A stretch of 64,000 nucleotides of DNA from Candidatus Epulonipiscium sp. (GCA_012518255.1 JAAYSX010000080.1:11932-75931), one strand, 5' to 3'; positions 10,445-20,512 are shown, counted from the stretch's first letter. Numbers and translations are program-made. Notes: generated from the sequence alone by a model not told the origin.

Positions 10445-12828
10445 TTATAGATTTTTATACGGCTTTTCCCAAATCCGCCCCACTATAATGGTCATATCAT
10501 CATCTATCTCCCCGCAAATTAAGTTTCTAGACTTTTCTAGTAATGAGTCTGCCATGTGCTTAGGATTATTGCTATCTACTTCCCCTATTAAGTTTACAAA
10601 TGTGCTTTCTTGATTAAACTTATCCTCCTCCACATCTAAAATCCCATCACTAACCATAATTAACATATCCCCATCCTTTAGCTGAATTTTTTGGGTTTCT
10701 ATATCAACCTTACTTAAAATCCCTACTGGTAGGCTATTTGCACCTACTACCTCTACATAGTCTTTTCTTTTAATAAACGTAGTTGCAGCCCCCATCTTAA
10801 TAAACTCTGCTATACCTGTGTGCATATCTATTATAGTCATATCCATAGTTGAAAATGTTTCTTCTGCAGACTTTAATATAAGTACCGAATTAATCATCCT
10901 TATAGCTACTTCTTTTTCAAATCCTGACTCTATAAACTGCTCAAGCAGCTCTATAGTTGCTTTACTTTCATTGTAGGCTGCAAGGCCACTTCCCATACCA
11001 TCAGAAAGAGCTAATAAATACTGGCCATTTGATATTTCCATTAAGGAATACTGATCTCCAGATAAACTATCAATCTTAGGTATATTAGCTGAAGCTGCAA
11101 CTATCCCATACTTGTAAGCCTCCTTAAACTTAGTCATTACTTCACCTTGATCACCTTCATAACTATATTGATCAATTGTAAACTTCCTGCCTATAACACT
11201 ATTTAAAATTGTGATAACAGTTTTTTGAGCCTACTATTTTCTATACTCCAATCAGAAATTATTGTAACTTCATACTTTTTACTTGCACCAATTATAATTA
11301 TTACATCTTTCACTTTTATCCCTTGAGAGGTTAGTTCTTCCTTCACCTGCTTTTCTATATCTCTTTTAAACACTACCTCCTGCTCTATTTCACTGGATAA
11401 TTCTTTAATTATAGTTGAAACCGAATCCAGTTGCTGTGAAATTAGCTCCCTACTTTCAGCTACCCTATTTTGCCAAACTAGGTCTTGTTTATATAATTCA
11501 AAAGTTTGATCTAAGGCTTGTACAAAACTTTCTAGTCTTATGCATTTTCTTTTAAATTCTTCTGGTATATCCGAAGGTAAGATTTTATCTTTTCTTTCAG
11601 CTATAGCTAAAATCTCATAGGCTGATTGATAACTATTATAAAAGTCTCTTTTCCAGCAAAAATCAACCAAGCTACACTCCACACAAGATTTACTAACAAC
11701 ATCATCAAGTAAGCAAGATATATCCTTCTTAGTTAGGGATATCTTTTTACTAGATATACTATTAAATGTACTGGCAAGTTTATTAAATGAAGCTGCAAAA
11801 TTTTCTAGTTTCTTGCTTGTAAGTTGCTGTATGCGCCTCATATGAACCTCTTGCTGGTATTCCTTTTCCTTATCTCCAAACCAATAGGAAAATCCAAAAA
11901 AGTCCTTGGGGCATAGCAAAAACACTAGGCTAGAAGCTGTGTAAGCGCCAAGCAGGCTAAAATCAACAACTCCATCATTTATAAAATATATTCCCAGCAT
12001 ATGACCTGCCAAAACCCCTATTGATGTTCCAACTTTGCCCAAGGAGGCTAGTATACCACCCCCTAGACCTGAAAGAGCGTATATACTAATAAGATGTGGG
12101 GGTATGTACCCTATAGTAACAAGGAGGGTACCTATAACTGTCCCCATAGCTGCACCTACCGCCGTACCACCCAGGTAGGATACTGTTAATATTATAAAAA
12201 AACACATAATATCCCTTATGTAAATTCTGCTTCCACCAGAAAACTCAATGTATAGTTCCACCATTCCACCTATCATGCTAACTAACAATATTGTTATACC
12301 TATAACTTCTTGGTTTGTAAGGGGCGTCCTTTTATTTTCTAGTATTAAACTTATTCCCTTTTCATAAATAAATATAAAGGTAAATATAAAGATAATCTCT
12401 AATATGGACTGGACAAAGTCATACATTGTAAAACCTTGACTAGCTATTATAATTATACTGATTGTAAATGCTGATCCTGTAGATATTGCAAGCTGTGACC
12501 CAAAGCCAGCCTTATAATCCATCCCCTCCATATACCATCTAACAAGGAATATTAAAAATATGGTTCCTATATACTTAATTACTATAGCCATAGGTTGGCT
12601 TACTGATAAGATACCTAATATTGTAAAGAAACTGTTCCACCTTTGTAAATTTTTAGTCTGGTAGCTTGCTCCTATATAGGCAACACTTAAAGGGTTCCAG
12701 CCATTTAGCATATTAATTCTACCCACCATAAATCCAATAAGGCATATTATTAATTCATTCCATCTTATTGCGCTAAAAATCCTTTTATCAACTACTTTAT
12801 CATAAGTACTCTTCAAAATCCTATTCAT
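10445..12828 (-). pseudogene. spoIIE: Stage II sporulation protein E (PP2C phosphatase), split by an apparent 1-nt frameshift at 11205-11208
   Basis: The 541-aa ORF (polytopic N-terminal region plus central domain) ends at TAA 11203-11205. The 230-aa ORF carries the PP2C domain (SGDQYS, LSDGMGSGLAAYNES, VSDGILD). That downstream frame stays open back to 11230. Joined length of about 793 aa equals a normal SpoIIE. Confidence 0.85.
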
Positions 12829-12867
12829 CTCTATCCCCCTCGTATAATATATGAGAATCTCAATAGT

Positions 12868-12934
12868 ATTATAGGATAATTAGGGAGATAAATTTGTAAA
12901 TAACTGGTATCTAATTGAAAAAAGTTTTTGACAA
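12868..12934 (-). promoter_or_regulatory. Candidate Spo0A-dependent sigma-A promoter of spoIIE
   Basis: On the minus strand: TTTACA (12900-12895), 21-nt spacer, TATAAT (12873-12868), about 40 nt before the ATG. A TTGTCAAAA 0A-box-like element sits at 12934-12926. Confidence 0.4.
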
Positions 12935-12997
12935 GCGACTCTAATATATGAGTTAAAATACTAAAACTCCTTTAAAGTCATAATAATTATATAATAT

Positions 12998-13029
12998 AAA
13001 AAACCCTTAACAAGAGTTCTTGTTAAGGG
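12998..13029 (-). terminator. Rho-independent terminator after the tRNA pair
   Basis: Stem cccttaacaag / cttgttaaggg with 4-nt loop, followed by a T-run on the minus strand. Confidence 0.75.
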
Positions 13030-13039
13030 TTTTCCTATT

Positions 13040-13116
13040 TGGTAGCGGAAGACGGATTTGAACCGCCGACTCTGCGGGTATGAACCGCATGCTCTAGCCA
13101 ACTGAGCTATTCCGCC
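13040..13116 (-). tRNA. Elongator tRNA-Met (CAU), CCA encoded
   Basis: Reverse complement is GGCGGAATAGCTCAGTTGGCTAGAGCATGCGGTTCATACCCGCAGAGTCGGCGGTTCAAATCCGTCTTCCGCTACCA. It folds as a cloverleaf with CAT in the anticodon loop and a GGTTCAAAT T-loop. Confidence 0.9.
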
Positions 13117-13120
13117 AAAT

Positions 13121-13197
13121 TGGTTGCGGAGAGAGGATTTGAACCTCTGACCTCCGGGTTATGAGCCCGACGAGCTGCCATACTGCTCCACTCCGCG
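13121..13197 (-). tRNA. Initiator tRNA-fMet (CAU), CCA encoded
   Basis: Reverse complement is CGCGGAGTGGAGCAGTATGGCAGCTCGTCGGGCTCATAACCCGGAGGTCAGAGGTTCAAATCCTCTCTCCGCAACCA. It has the 5' C with unpaired 1:72 position and three G-C pairs in the anticodon stem, both initiator hallmarks. Confidence 0.9.
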
Positions 13198-13223
13198 TTA
13201 TTGTTTTCCTGACTACTTTTACT

Positions 13224-13252
13224 ATTATAGACAAGGTTTTATATATTGTCAA
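13224..13252 (-). promoter_or_regulatory. Consensus sigma-A promoter for the tRNA genes
   Basis: On the minus strand: TTGACA (13252-13247), 17 nt, TATAAT (13229-13224), about 25 nt upstream of tRNA-fMet. Confidence 0.75.
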
Positions 13253-13285
13253 GGTTTTTATTAAATGTTTTAATTTTCTTTCCTT

Positions 13286-13576
13286 TTAGCGTCTTTCCCT
13301 AAATACAATTTCGTCATCCTTTACTAAACCAAGTTTTTCTCTTGCTATCTTTTCAACGGTTTGGGGCGACTCTATGTTTTCGTATTCTATTGTTAGTTCT
13401 TCTAATTTTTTGCTCTCTATTGCAATTTGTTTCTCTACTTCTTCAAGTTGTATGTCCAGGCTTTTGGCAACTTGGCCCATCTTAATGCCTTGATAGCCTA
13501 GTGCTATCACAACTGTAATAGCCAAAAATCTTACTAGCCCTGTAGAAATCCCTTTATTTTCTTGCTTTTTCCCCAT
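13286..13576 (-). CDS. divIC: Septum formation initiator (FtsB/DivIC family)
   Basis: 96 aa with one TM, a coiled coil and EKIAREKLGLVKDDEIVF. Lies in the yabP-yabQ-divIC order. Confidence 0.8.
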   Translation of the reverse strand: MGKKQENKGISTGLVRFLAITVVIALGYQGIKMGQVAKSLDIQLEEVEKQIAIESKKLEELTIEYENIESPQTVEKIAREKLGLVKDDEIVFRERR

Positions 13577-13604
13577 GACAATCCCCCTTATACTTTATCT
13601 AAAG

Positions 13605-14060
13605 TTACTTTTTCCCTCTTATCACCTTTAGCTGGTTAAGGATCTTGCTCTTTTGTTTCTTGCACTTTTTATTAATATTTAAATATCCATCATATAAATA
13701 TCTAAAAGGAATTATTATAACTTTCATTATACACCTTATTGGTACTATTATAAAGCTTTTAATAATTTGTGTGATAATTTTTATAAAATAACTACTAACA
13801 GTAGTAAAATATAATATCCCACCTATTAACATACCCAAAAAAACAAAGCCTCTTATCTGCCCATAATTTTTCCAGAATATCATTATAAAAGCAAAGCATC
13901 CACACGCAATCCAGTATATTAGATCCTCTAAATGTACAACCCAGTTAGGATGCTTTATTATCTTTCTTATAACTCGTATAATATCATATAATACTCCCAT
14001 TATTATCCCAGTTTTAACACAGGTTAAGAATAAAAAGGCTTGTTCACTAATGATCATCAT
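13605..14060 (-). CDS. yabQ: Spore cortex biosynthesis protein YabQ
   Basis: 151-aa polytopic membrane protein directly downstream of yabP. Confidence 0.7.
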   Translation of the reverse strand: MMIISEQAFLFLTCVKTGIIMGVLYDIIRVIRKIIKHPNWVVHLEDLIYWIACGCFAFIMIFWKNYGQIRGFVFLGMLIGGILYFTTVSSYFIKIITQIIKSFIIVPIRCIMKVIIIPFRYLYDGYLNINKKCKKQKSKILNQLKVIRGKK

Positions 14061-14074
14061 CTTTAAGCCACCTC

Positions 14075-14362
14075 TTATTTAAATAATTTACTAAAAACAG
14101 AGCCCCCTGGCTTACCAATATCATTATCATGGTAATTTATATTATGTATTGTACCATCTAACTCTAGATCTCCCTTGTCTAAGTCTAAACGTGTTATATG
14201 TAACCCTTCTCCCCCTATTAATAGCATTCCTTGCACTGTATCAACATCAACTTGGATTTCATCAAAAGAAAATACATCAACTACACCTGTAATTGCAACC
14301 CTACTTCTTTCCTTTATGGATATAGAATGCTTAAGTCCTGCTTTACCATCCATACAACCCAC
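14075..14362 (-). CDS. yabP: Sporulation protein YabP
   Basis: 95 aa with ITGVVDVFSFDE...LLIGGEGLHITRLDLDKG...FSKLFK, matching the YabP pattern. Confidence 0.85.
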   Translation of the reverse strand: MGCMDGKAGLKHSISIKERSRVAITGVVDVFSFDEIQVDVDTVQGMLLIGGEGLHITRLDLDKGDLELDGTIHNINYHDNDIGKPGGSVFSKLFK

Positions 14363-14401
14363 CTCCTATAATAGTAGTATATTAGGTGGGTTATAATATT
14401 A

Positions 14402-14641
14402 TTACATTATTTCATACATGCTACTAGCTTCATCTTTTTTAAGGTGCTCTTTAATATCCAACACCTTAATTTTGCTTGTATTATCACCAAACTTAATCTC
14501 TACAATATCTCCCACTGCAACCTTAGTACCTGATTTAGCTACATTTCCATTTATAAGTACCCTTCCAGCCTCGCAAGCTTTATTAGCAACAGTACGCCTT
14601 TTAATAATTCTTGAATTCTTTAAGTATTTATCTATCCTCAT
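14402..14641 (-). CDS. RNA-binding S4-domain protein (YabO/Hsp15-like)
   Basis: MRIDKYLKNSRIIKRRTVA is an S4 motif. Start moved to ATG 14641, which follows AGGGGGTG. Confidence 0.8.
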   Translation of the reverse strand: MRIDKYLKNSRIIKRRTVANKACEAGRVLINGNVAKSGTKVAVGDIVEIKFGDNTSKIKVLDIKEHLKKDEASSMYEIM

Positions 14642-14726
14642 CCATAACACCCCCTATTACAGTATTTTTTGTTATATAAAAAATCTACACTATATAGTGT
14701 AGATTTTCATTAGCCTAACATAACTC

Positions 14727-15008
14727 TTATCTTCTTCCGTTAACATGATCCTTTAATGCTTTTCCTGCCCTAAATCTTGGTGCATTTGTAGCTGGAATAG
14801 TTATTACTTCTTCAGTTTTTGGGTTTCTTCCTTGTCTTTCAGCTCTACGTGTTACATCAAATGTACCAAACCCAACTAATTGAACCTTGCCACCTGCTGT
14901 TAACTCTTCTGTAACTACTTCTTCAAAAGCTTTTAAAGCTTTCTCAGTATCTTTTTTTGTTAAACCTGTTTTTTCAACCATTGCCGTGATTAACTCTGAC
15001 TTATTCAT
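14727..15008 (-). CDS. hup: DNA-binding protein HU
   Basis: 93 aa with MNKSELI...VQLVGFGTFDV..RAERQGRNPKT...IPA...PRFRAGKALKD. Confidence 0.95.
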   Translation of the reverse strand: MNKSELITAMVEKTGLTKKDTEKALKAFEEVVTEELTAGGKVQLVGFGTFDVTRRAERQGRNPKTEEVITIPATNAPRFRAGKALKDHVNGRR

Positions 15009-15119
15009 ATTGCTCCTCCTAAAATAACATGCTTTTGCATGCTTTCTATGTACTGAAAACCTTTAGCTTTCACTACATTGTTTTGCATTTTATCATACTT
15101 TCCAATATATCTAAATCTA

Positions 15120-15148
15120 TTTATAAACCTTTCCTTACTTTTTGTCAA
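15120..15148 (-). promoter_or_regulatory. Sigma-A promoter of hup
   Basis: On the minus strand: TTGACA (15148-15143), 17 nt, TATAAA (15125-15120). Confidence 0.6.
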
Positions 15149-15244
15149 GACAGCTTATAAACTTAACCTTAAGCCTTAGGAATTAGGTAGATATATTGTA
15201 TTACTATTATCATAAAGGATTCAGGCTTTTATTTCAATAGCAAT

Positions 15245-15280
15245 AATAATATATCCCGATTATAATCGGGATATATTATT
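15245..15280 (-). terminator. 36-nt perfect palindrome overlapping the spoVT stop codon; possible terminator
   Basis: aataatatatcccgatta/taatcgggatatattatt. The stem is AU-rich apart from the CCCG/CGGG core, and the T-tract is weak. Confidence 0.4.
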
Positions 15281-15830
15281 ATTGCTCCATTTGTCTACCT
15301 AAAAATCCTGCTGCTGACTGAGCTATCTTTTCTTCTACCTCTCCCATTGTTGTATTTGCATTAGGTGATAGGAAGATAACTGATCCTATTGCATCACCCT
15401 CTGATATAATAGGGAAAATAATTTCGCCATAGTATCCTTCCGTAGTACCTTCCGATAGTATTGATGTAAACTTACTATCATCCTTATTTGCACTAAACAA
15501 GGCCCTACCTTCTATAATCTTCTCTACTTCAGGACTAATGCTCTTATCCAAGAATTCCTTCTTAGAACCTCCTGCTACTGCAATAATCTGGTCTTTATCT
15601 GAAATGCAAGTAATATGTCCTGTTGATTGGGCTAAGGCTTCCGCATATTCTTTGGCAAACTCTCCCAGCTCCCCTATAGGTGAATATTTCTTCAAAACTA
15701 CAACTCCATCTACATCTGTAAAGATTTCCAGGGGATCTCCTTCTCTTATTCTAAGCGTTCTACGGATTTCCTTTGGTATAACAACCCGGCCTAGATCATC
15801 TATTCTTCTTACGATACCTGTTGCTTTCAA
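15279..15830 (-). CDS. spoVT: Stage V sporulation protein T (AbrB-family regulator)
   Basis: KATGIVRRIDDLGRVVIPKEIRRTLRIREGDPLEIF SpoVT/AbrB N-domain, ending AGFLGRQMEQ. Start set to TTG 15830, 8 nt after AAGGAGGG. Confidence 0.9.
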   Translation of the reverse strand: MKATGIVRRIDDLGRVVIPKEIRRTLRIREGDPLEIFTDVDGVVVLKKYSPIGELGEFAKEYAEALAQSTGHITCISDKDQIIAVAGGSKKEFLDKSISPEVEKIIEGRALFSANKDDSKFTSILSEGTTEGYYGEIIFPIISEGDAIGSVIFLSPNANTTMGEVEEKIAQSAAGFLGRQMEQ

Positions 15831-15920
15831 ATCTAACACCCTCCTTATGCCTTTCTTCTCATGATGTAAAACTTTCTCATTTCATATATATTATGTCACA
15901 TAAATTTCTAAAATATTCAT

Positions 15921-15964
15921 AAAAAAAATAATGAGTAAGTGTTTAGCAACACTTACTCATTATT
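15921..15964 (-). terminator. Rho-independent terminator after the prsA-like gene
   Basis: Stem aataatgagtaagtg / cacttactcattatt, followed by T8 on the minus strand. Confidence 0.8.
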
Positions 15965-15968
15965 TTAA

Positions 15969-17060
15969 TTATTCTTGGTCATCATCTTTTTCTTCTCCAG
16001 ACCCTTCATCATCCAACTCATCTTGTTCATCATCTTGATCAGAATCTTCTACTTCTGGCTCTGGTTCTGGTTTTTTGATTTCTATTGCATCATATAGCTC
16101 TGTTTTTTCTACTTTAGCTCCTGTAATCCATTCATCAAGTTCAGAACTAATGTATTCAGCCTTTTGATTCTCTTTAAAAGCTTCTTTAAGCTCTTCTTCT
16201 GTAGGCTCTGTCTTTTCTATTGTTTTTACAATGTGATATCCATGTATTGTTTTTACAAGCTCTGGGTGCACCTTACCAGCTTCCCCGTTAAATGCTGCTT
16301 CTTCAAATTCTGGAACCATTTCATCTCTACCAAATGTATATTCTCCGCCCTCATCTTTTGAACCTGGATCATCAGAGTATTCTTTAGCAAGTTCTCCCAT
16401 ATCATCACCAGCTAAAGCTTTTTCCAATATTTCTTCTGCTTTTTCTTTTGCTTTTTCCTCTTCATCTTCTGAAAGTGGATTTCCATCGTCATCAAGTGTA
16501 CTAATTAATACATGCTGAGCTGTTACAGTCTCTAAGCTCATCTTATTTTCTTCTACAAACTTTTCAAATTCATCTGCATCTTCTGAAGGTGTAAAGTTTC
16601 TTTCAAGTTCTTCCAATACATTTTGAGACATTATTATATCTTCCATCATTTCCCTAATTACATCTTCAGTTACACCTTCTTCTGCCAAAGGTCCTTTTAA
16701 CTGGGCAACATAATTAGCAGCTATAGTTTTTGCCTCTTCTTTTTGTTCTGGAGTTAACTTAAGTTGCATTTCTTTTGCTTTTGCTGATGTTACTGACATT
16801 GCTACAGCTGATTCTAATGCACGTTCTTTGGCGATTTTCTCCATACTTTCGCCTTCCATCTCTATCTCCCATATACCTGGTCCTAAACCTTGTTCCATCT
16901 CCATCTTAACACTAAATAAATACCCTCTGTAACTGGCTTCTGATAGTGGTTCCCCATTTATAGTAGCTACAGTTTTGGATTTCTTACCACAACCTGTAAT
17001 AGCTAAGGCCATCACCATTGCTAAAGCCGTTAATAATAAAACTTTTCTATTATTCCTCAC
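15969..17060 (-). CDS. prsA: Peptidylprolyl isomerase lipoprotein (PrsA/SurA-like) with acidic C-terminal tail
   Basis: Lipobox LAITGC. Parvulin segment is AQHVLIS...GGEYTFGRDEMVPEFEEAAF...VKTIHGYHIVK. The tail is about 35 aa rich in D and E. Confidence 0.8.
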   Translation of the reverse strand: MRNNRKVLLLTALAMVMALAITGCGKKSKTVATINGEPLSEASYRGYLFSVKMEMEQGLGPGIWEIEMEGESMEKIAKERALESAVAMSVTSAKAKEMQLKLTPEQKEEAKTIAANYVAQLKGPLAEEGVTEDVIREMMEDIIMSQNVLEELERNFTPSEDADEFEKFVEENKMSLETVTAQHVLISTLDDDGNPLSEDEEEKAKEKAEEILEKALAGDDMGELAKEYSDDPGSKDEGGEYTFGRDEMVPEFEEAAFNGEAGKVHPELVKTIHGYHIVKTIEKTEPTEEELKEAFKENQKAEYISSELDEWITGAKVEKTELYDAIEIKKPEPEPEVEDSDQDDEQDELDDEGSGEEKDDDQE

Positions 17061-17149
17061 TCAAATCTCTCCTAACCCTTTTACAAAATTTTTATTTATA
17101 CTTTCTCTACTTCTAGTATAAATACTCTTGTGACTATAAGCATTATAAT

Positions 17150-20100
17150 CTATTTTTCTATATACTTCAATTGTTTCATGTCCTGTAACACATTTTTAAT
17201 ATACTTCATAATTTCATCATTAATTAGGTAAAGGTTTACAAGAGTAAAGTAAGGTTCCTCTCCAGTTTTAAATTTCAAATTACCTTCATACAAATTGAGG
17301 AGGTCTGGAATCTTTGTGGGGTCTAGTTTTGCATCTGCTTTGCAATTAAAAATTACTACTTCTTTTCTAACTACCACTGACGTCATACCCAGATAGTGTG
17401 CCATTCCCTTAATTAAGGCAACGTCTAATAGGTTTTGCACACTCTGTGGAAGGTCTCCGTACCTATCTTCTATCTCCTCTTGCACATCATAATAATCCCT
17501 TTCATTTCGGATTAAGGATATCTTTTTATAGATTTCTATCTTCTGCATTTCATCTTCAATATAGCTTGTTGGGATGTAGGCATCTATGTTAATTTCTACT
17601 GTTGTTTCGAATTCTTCTTCCAAGTTTTCTCCTTTTTCTTCTGTTACAGCATTTTTTAGGAGTTTACTATATAAATCGTATCCTATTGCATCCATATGGC
17701 CATGCTGCTTATCTCCAAGGAGGTTGCCTGCCCCTCTTATTTCAAGGTCCCTCATAGCAACTTTGAAGCCTGATCCAAACTGGGTAAATTGTTTTATTGC
17801 CTGTAGGCGTTTTTCTGCTATTTCTGGTAAGGCCCTATTTTTTTCGTACATAAGATAGGCATATGCAATTCTGTTTGATCTGCCCACCCTACCTCGCAAT
17901 TGATATAGCTGGCTTAGGCCCATCTTATCTGCATCCTGAATTATTATTGTGTTTGTATTAGCAACGTCTAGACCTGTTTCTATAATAGTTGTACATACTA
18001 ATACATCTATTTCCCCTTCTATAAAGTCTAGCATTATATGCTCTAACTCCCTCTCACTCATCTGGCCATGGGCAAATGCTACATTGGCTTCCGGGATAGC
18101 TTTTTGAATTTCTAGAGTTACCTTATCGATATTTTGCACCCTATTATAAAGGAAATAAACCTGTCCCCCCCTGGCTAACTCCCTTCTTATTGCATGTTCT
18201 GCAAACTCTATACTATATTCCATTACATATGTTTGTATTGGCCTTCTCTCTAGTGGCGGATCTTCCAGGGTACTCATATCCCTAATACCTACTAAGCTCA
18301 TATGGAGGGTCCTAGGGATAGGTGTTGCAGTCAAGGTTAAGACGTCCACATTGCTACAAAGTTTTTTAAGTTTTTCTTTGTGGGTTACCCCAAAGCGCTG
18401 CTCTTCGTCCACTAGTACTAGTCCTAAATCCTTAAACTTAACATCGTCTGATAGTACCCTATGGGTACCTATAATAATATCAACTGTACCTCTTTCTATA
18501 CCGGCTAGGGCTGTTTTTACCTGGTTTGGCGTCCTAAATCTAGAAAGCAACTCTACATTAATGGGGAAATTTTTCATACGTTCTTTGAATCGGTTATAAT
18601 GCTGCTGGGCAAGTATTGTTGTTGGAACTAGATAAACTACTTGCTTACCATCCTGAACTGCCTTAAAAGCCGCCCTAATAGCTACCTCTGTCTTCCCATA
18701 ACCAACATCACCACAAAGCAGCCTATCCATAACCTTGTCTGATTCCATATCAGCTTTTACATCTTCTATTGCTTGTAGCTGATCATCTGTTTCTTCGTAG
18801 GGAAAGGTATCCTCAAACTCCTTTTGCCAGGGAGTATCCTGGCTATATACAAAGCCCTTTTCCTTTTCCCTTCTAGCATATAGCTCTATTAATTCTTTGG
18901 CTAATTCCTGGGTTGCTTCCTTGGCCCTACTTTTAACCTTATGCCACTCCTTGCCCCCCAAAGTGCTTAGCCTTGGCTTATTGCCTTCCCCTCCAATGTA
19001 TTTTTGAATCATGTCCATTTGATTTATATTCACATAGAGAACACCGTCTTTAGCATAGTCTATTTTTAGATAGTCCTTGCTAACATTGTCCACTACCATC
19101 TTCTCAATACCACTAAAGATTCCTATACCATGGTTTTCGTGTACTATATAATCTCCAGCCTTTAATTCTACAAAGCTTTCAATCTTTTTCCCTTTGGTTT
19201 TTTTCCTTCTGCGTTTTTTCTTCTCGCTACCAAATAAATCTTTATCTGATATGATAACTAGGCCTATATCTTCATATACAAATCCCCTAGATAGGGAGCC
19301 TCTAGTAACAATAATTTGCCCTGGCATCAGGGGCCCTTCTAAGTCATTTGAATAGGAAGATATGATACCCCTTTCTTCTAGTTCATCTACAATCCTCAGC
19401 GCCCTTGCTTTGATTCCTGCAAATAAAATAATCCTTTTCTTTTCTTCCTTCCATCTTTTTATATCTTTCTCCAGAAGGTCAAAATTATTATAAAAGGAAA
19501 GGTTTTCCTGTAGTTTAAAGTTTGCCTTATAGGATATATCATAACCGCTAGCTTCATGCTCAAAATTCATCATAATAAATTTAGGGTGTTTTTTAAGCAT
19601 AGCTAATAGGTCCTCATAGCTAAAAATAGACTTTATATCTCCTGACCTTATATCTTTATTTTCCAACCTATTTTTGATGCTTAATTCAAACTCTTCATTT
19701 ACTAGATTACACGTCTTTTGAATTTTATCCGGTTCATCTATAATTATCAGTGAATCCTTTGCAATATAATCAAGTAAGTTTACAAGTCTTTCTTCTGCCA
19801 TGGTAAGATCTTCTTTCATTGGAAGTATTCTTACAAGGTCCTCTTTTTCGATTGATCTTTGGGAATAAGGATTAACAGTTCTTATTGAATCTATTTCATC
19901 GTCCCATAGTTCAATTCTGTACAGGGATTTTGAAGTTACTGGATAAACATCTACAATCCCGCCCCTAATGGCAAACTGCCCAACTGTTTCTACTAGATTA
20001 GTCCTTTCATAACCTAATATTACAAGTTGCCTTTGTAGGTCTGTAAGGTCCATAATTTGCCCAACTTTTAGCTCCATAATATTTGCAAGCAAGGTTTCCC

Positions 20101-20506
20101 TAGTCATAACCTTATTAACAAGAGCCTCTATAGATGCAACTACAGTGGTATTTTCGTCCCTTACTAGTGCATCCTTAACCATCATCCTTCCCACAGTAAT
20201 ATCTGCACTATGGACATCAGCGTCGTAGAAAATTATATCTTGGACAGGATATACAGCTACCCTATCTTCTTTATATAGCACGCTTAAATCATCTGCTATT
20301 TGTTTCCCCCTATTTTCGCTACTAGTTATAACCATAATTGGTTTTTGCAAATGGGAAGCTAAGCTGTAGATCATATGTGGTTTTTGAACATCAATTAAAC
20401 CAGTGGCACATGCATTTTGATTCTTTTCCCCTATATGATATAGTATTTCATTATATTCATCTATCTCTTTTAGTGGGTCAATTAATGGGTAACAATATTC
20501 CGCCAA
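17150..20506 (-). CDS. mfd: Transcription-repair coupling factor
   Basis: 1118 aa with Walker A GDVGYGKTEVA, DEEQRFG, CarD-like RNAP-interaction region and TRG motif region. Confidence 0.95.
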   Translation of the reverse strand: MAEYCYPLIDPLKEIDEYNEILYHIGEKNQNACATGLIDVQKPHMIYSLASHLQKPIMVITSSENRGKQIADDLSVLYKEDRVAVYPVQDIIFYDADVHSADITVGRMMVKDALVRDENTTVVASIEALVNKVMTRETLLANIMELKVGQIMDLTDLQRQLVILGYERTNLVETVGQFAIRGGIVDVYPVTSKSLYRIELWDDEIDSIRTVNPYSQRSIEKEDLVRILPMKEDLTMAEERLVNLLDYIAKDSLIIIDEPDKIQKTCNLVNEEFELSIKNRLENKDIRSGDIKSIFSYEDLLAMLKKHPKFIMMNFEHEASGYDISYKANFKLQENLSFYNNFDLLEKDIKRWKEEKKRIILFAGIKARALRIVDELEERGIISSYSNDLEGPLMPGQIIVTRGSLSRGFVYEDIGLVIISDKDLFGSEKKKRRRKKTKGKKIESFVELKAGDYIVHENHGIGIFSGIEKMVVDNVSKDYLKIDYAKDGVLYVNINQMDMIQKYIGGEGNKPRLSTLGGKEWHKVKSRAKEATQELAKELIELYARREKEKGFVYSQDTPWQKEFEDTFPYEETDDQLQAIEDVKADMESDKVMDRLLCGDVGYGKTEVAIRAAFKAVQDGKQVVYLVPTTILAQQHYNRFKERMKNFPINVELLSRFRTPNQVKTALAGIERGTVDIIIGTHRVLSDDVKFKDLGLVLVDEEQRFGVTHKEKLKKLCSNVDVLTLTATPIPRTLHMSLVGIRDMSTLEDPPLERRPIQTYVMEYSIEFAEHAIRRELARGGQVYFLYNRVQNIDKVTLEIQKAIPEANVAFAHGQMSERELEHIMLDFIEGEIDVLVCTTIIETGLDVANTNTIIIQDADKMGLSQLYQLRGRVGRSNRIAYAYLMYEKNRALPEIAEKRLQAIKQFTQFGSGFKVAMRDLEIRGAGNLLGDKQHGHMDAIGYDLYSKLLKNAVTEEKGENLEEEFETTVEINIDAYIPTSYIEDEMQKIEIYKKISLIRNERDYYDVQEEIEDRYGDLPQSVQNLLDVALIKGMAHYLGMTSVVVRKEVVIFNCKADAKLDPTKIPDLLNLYEGNLKFKTGEEPYFTLVNLYLINDEIMKYIKNVLQDMKQLKYIEK

Positions 20507-20512
20507 GTTATT

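Noticed and set aside
15969-16080. Highly acidic Asp/Glu-rich C-terminal tail of the PrsA-like lipoprotein
   Set aside because: It is a low-complexity tail. Similar acidic linkers occur in the two transporter binding lipoproteins in this window, so this looks like compositional habit rather than a distinct functional element.
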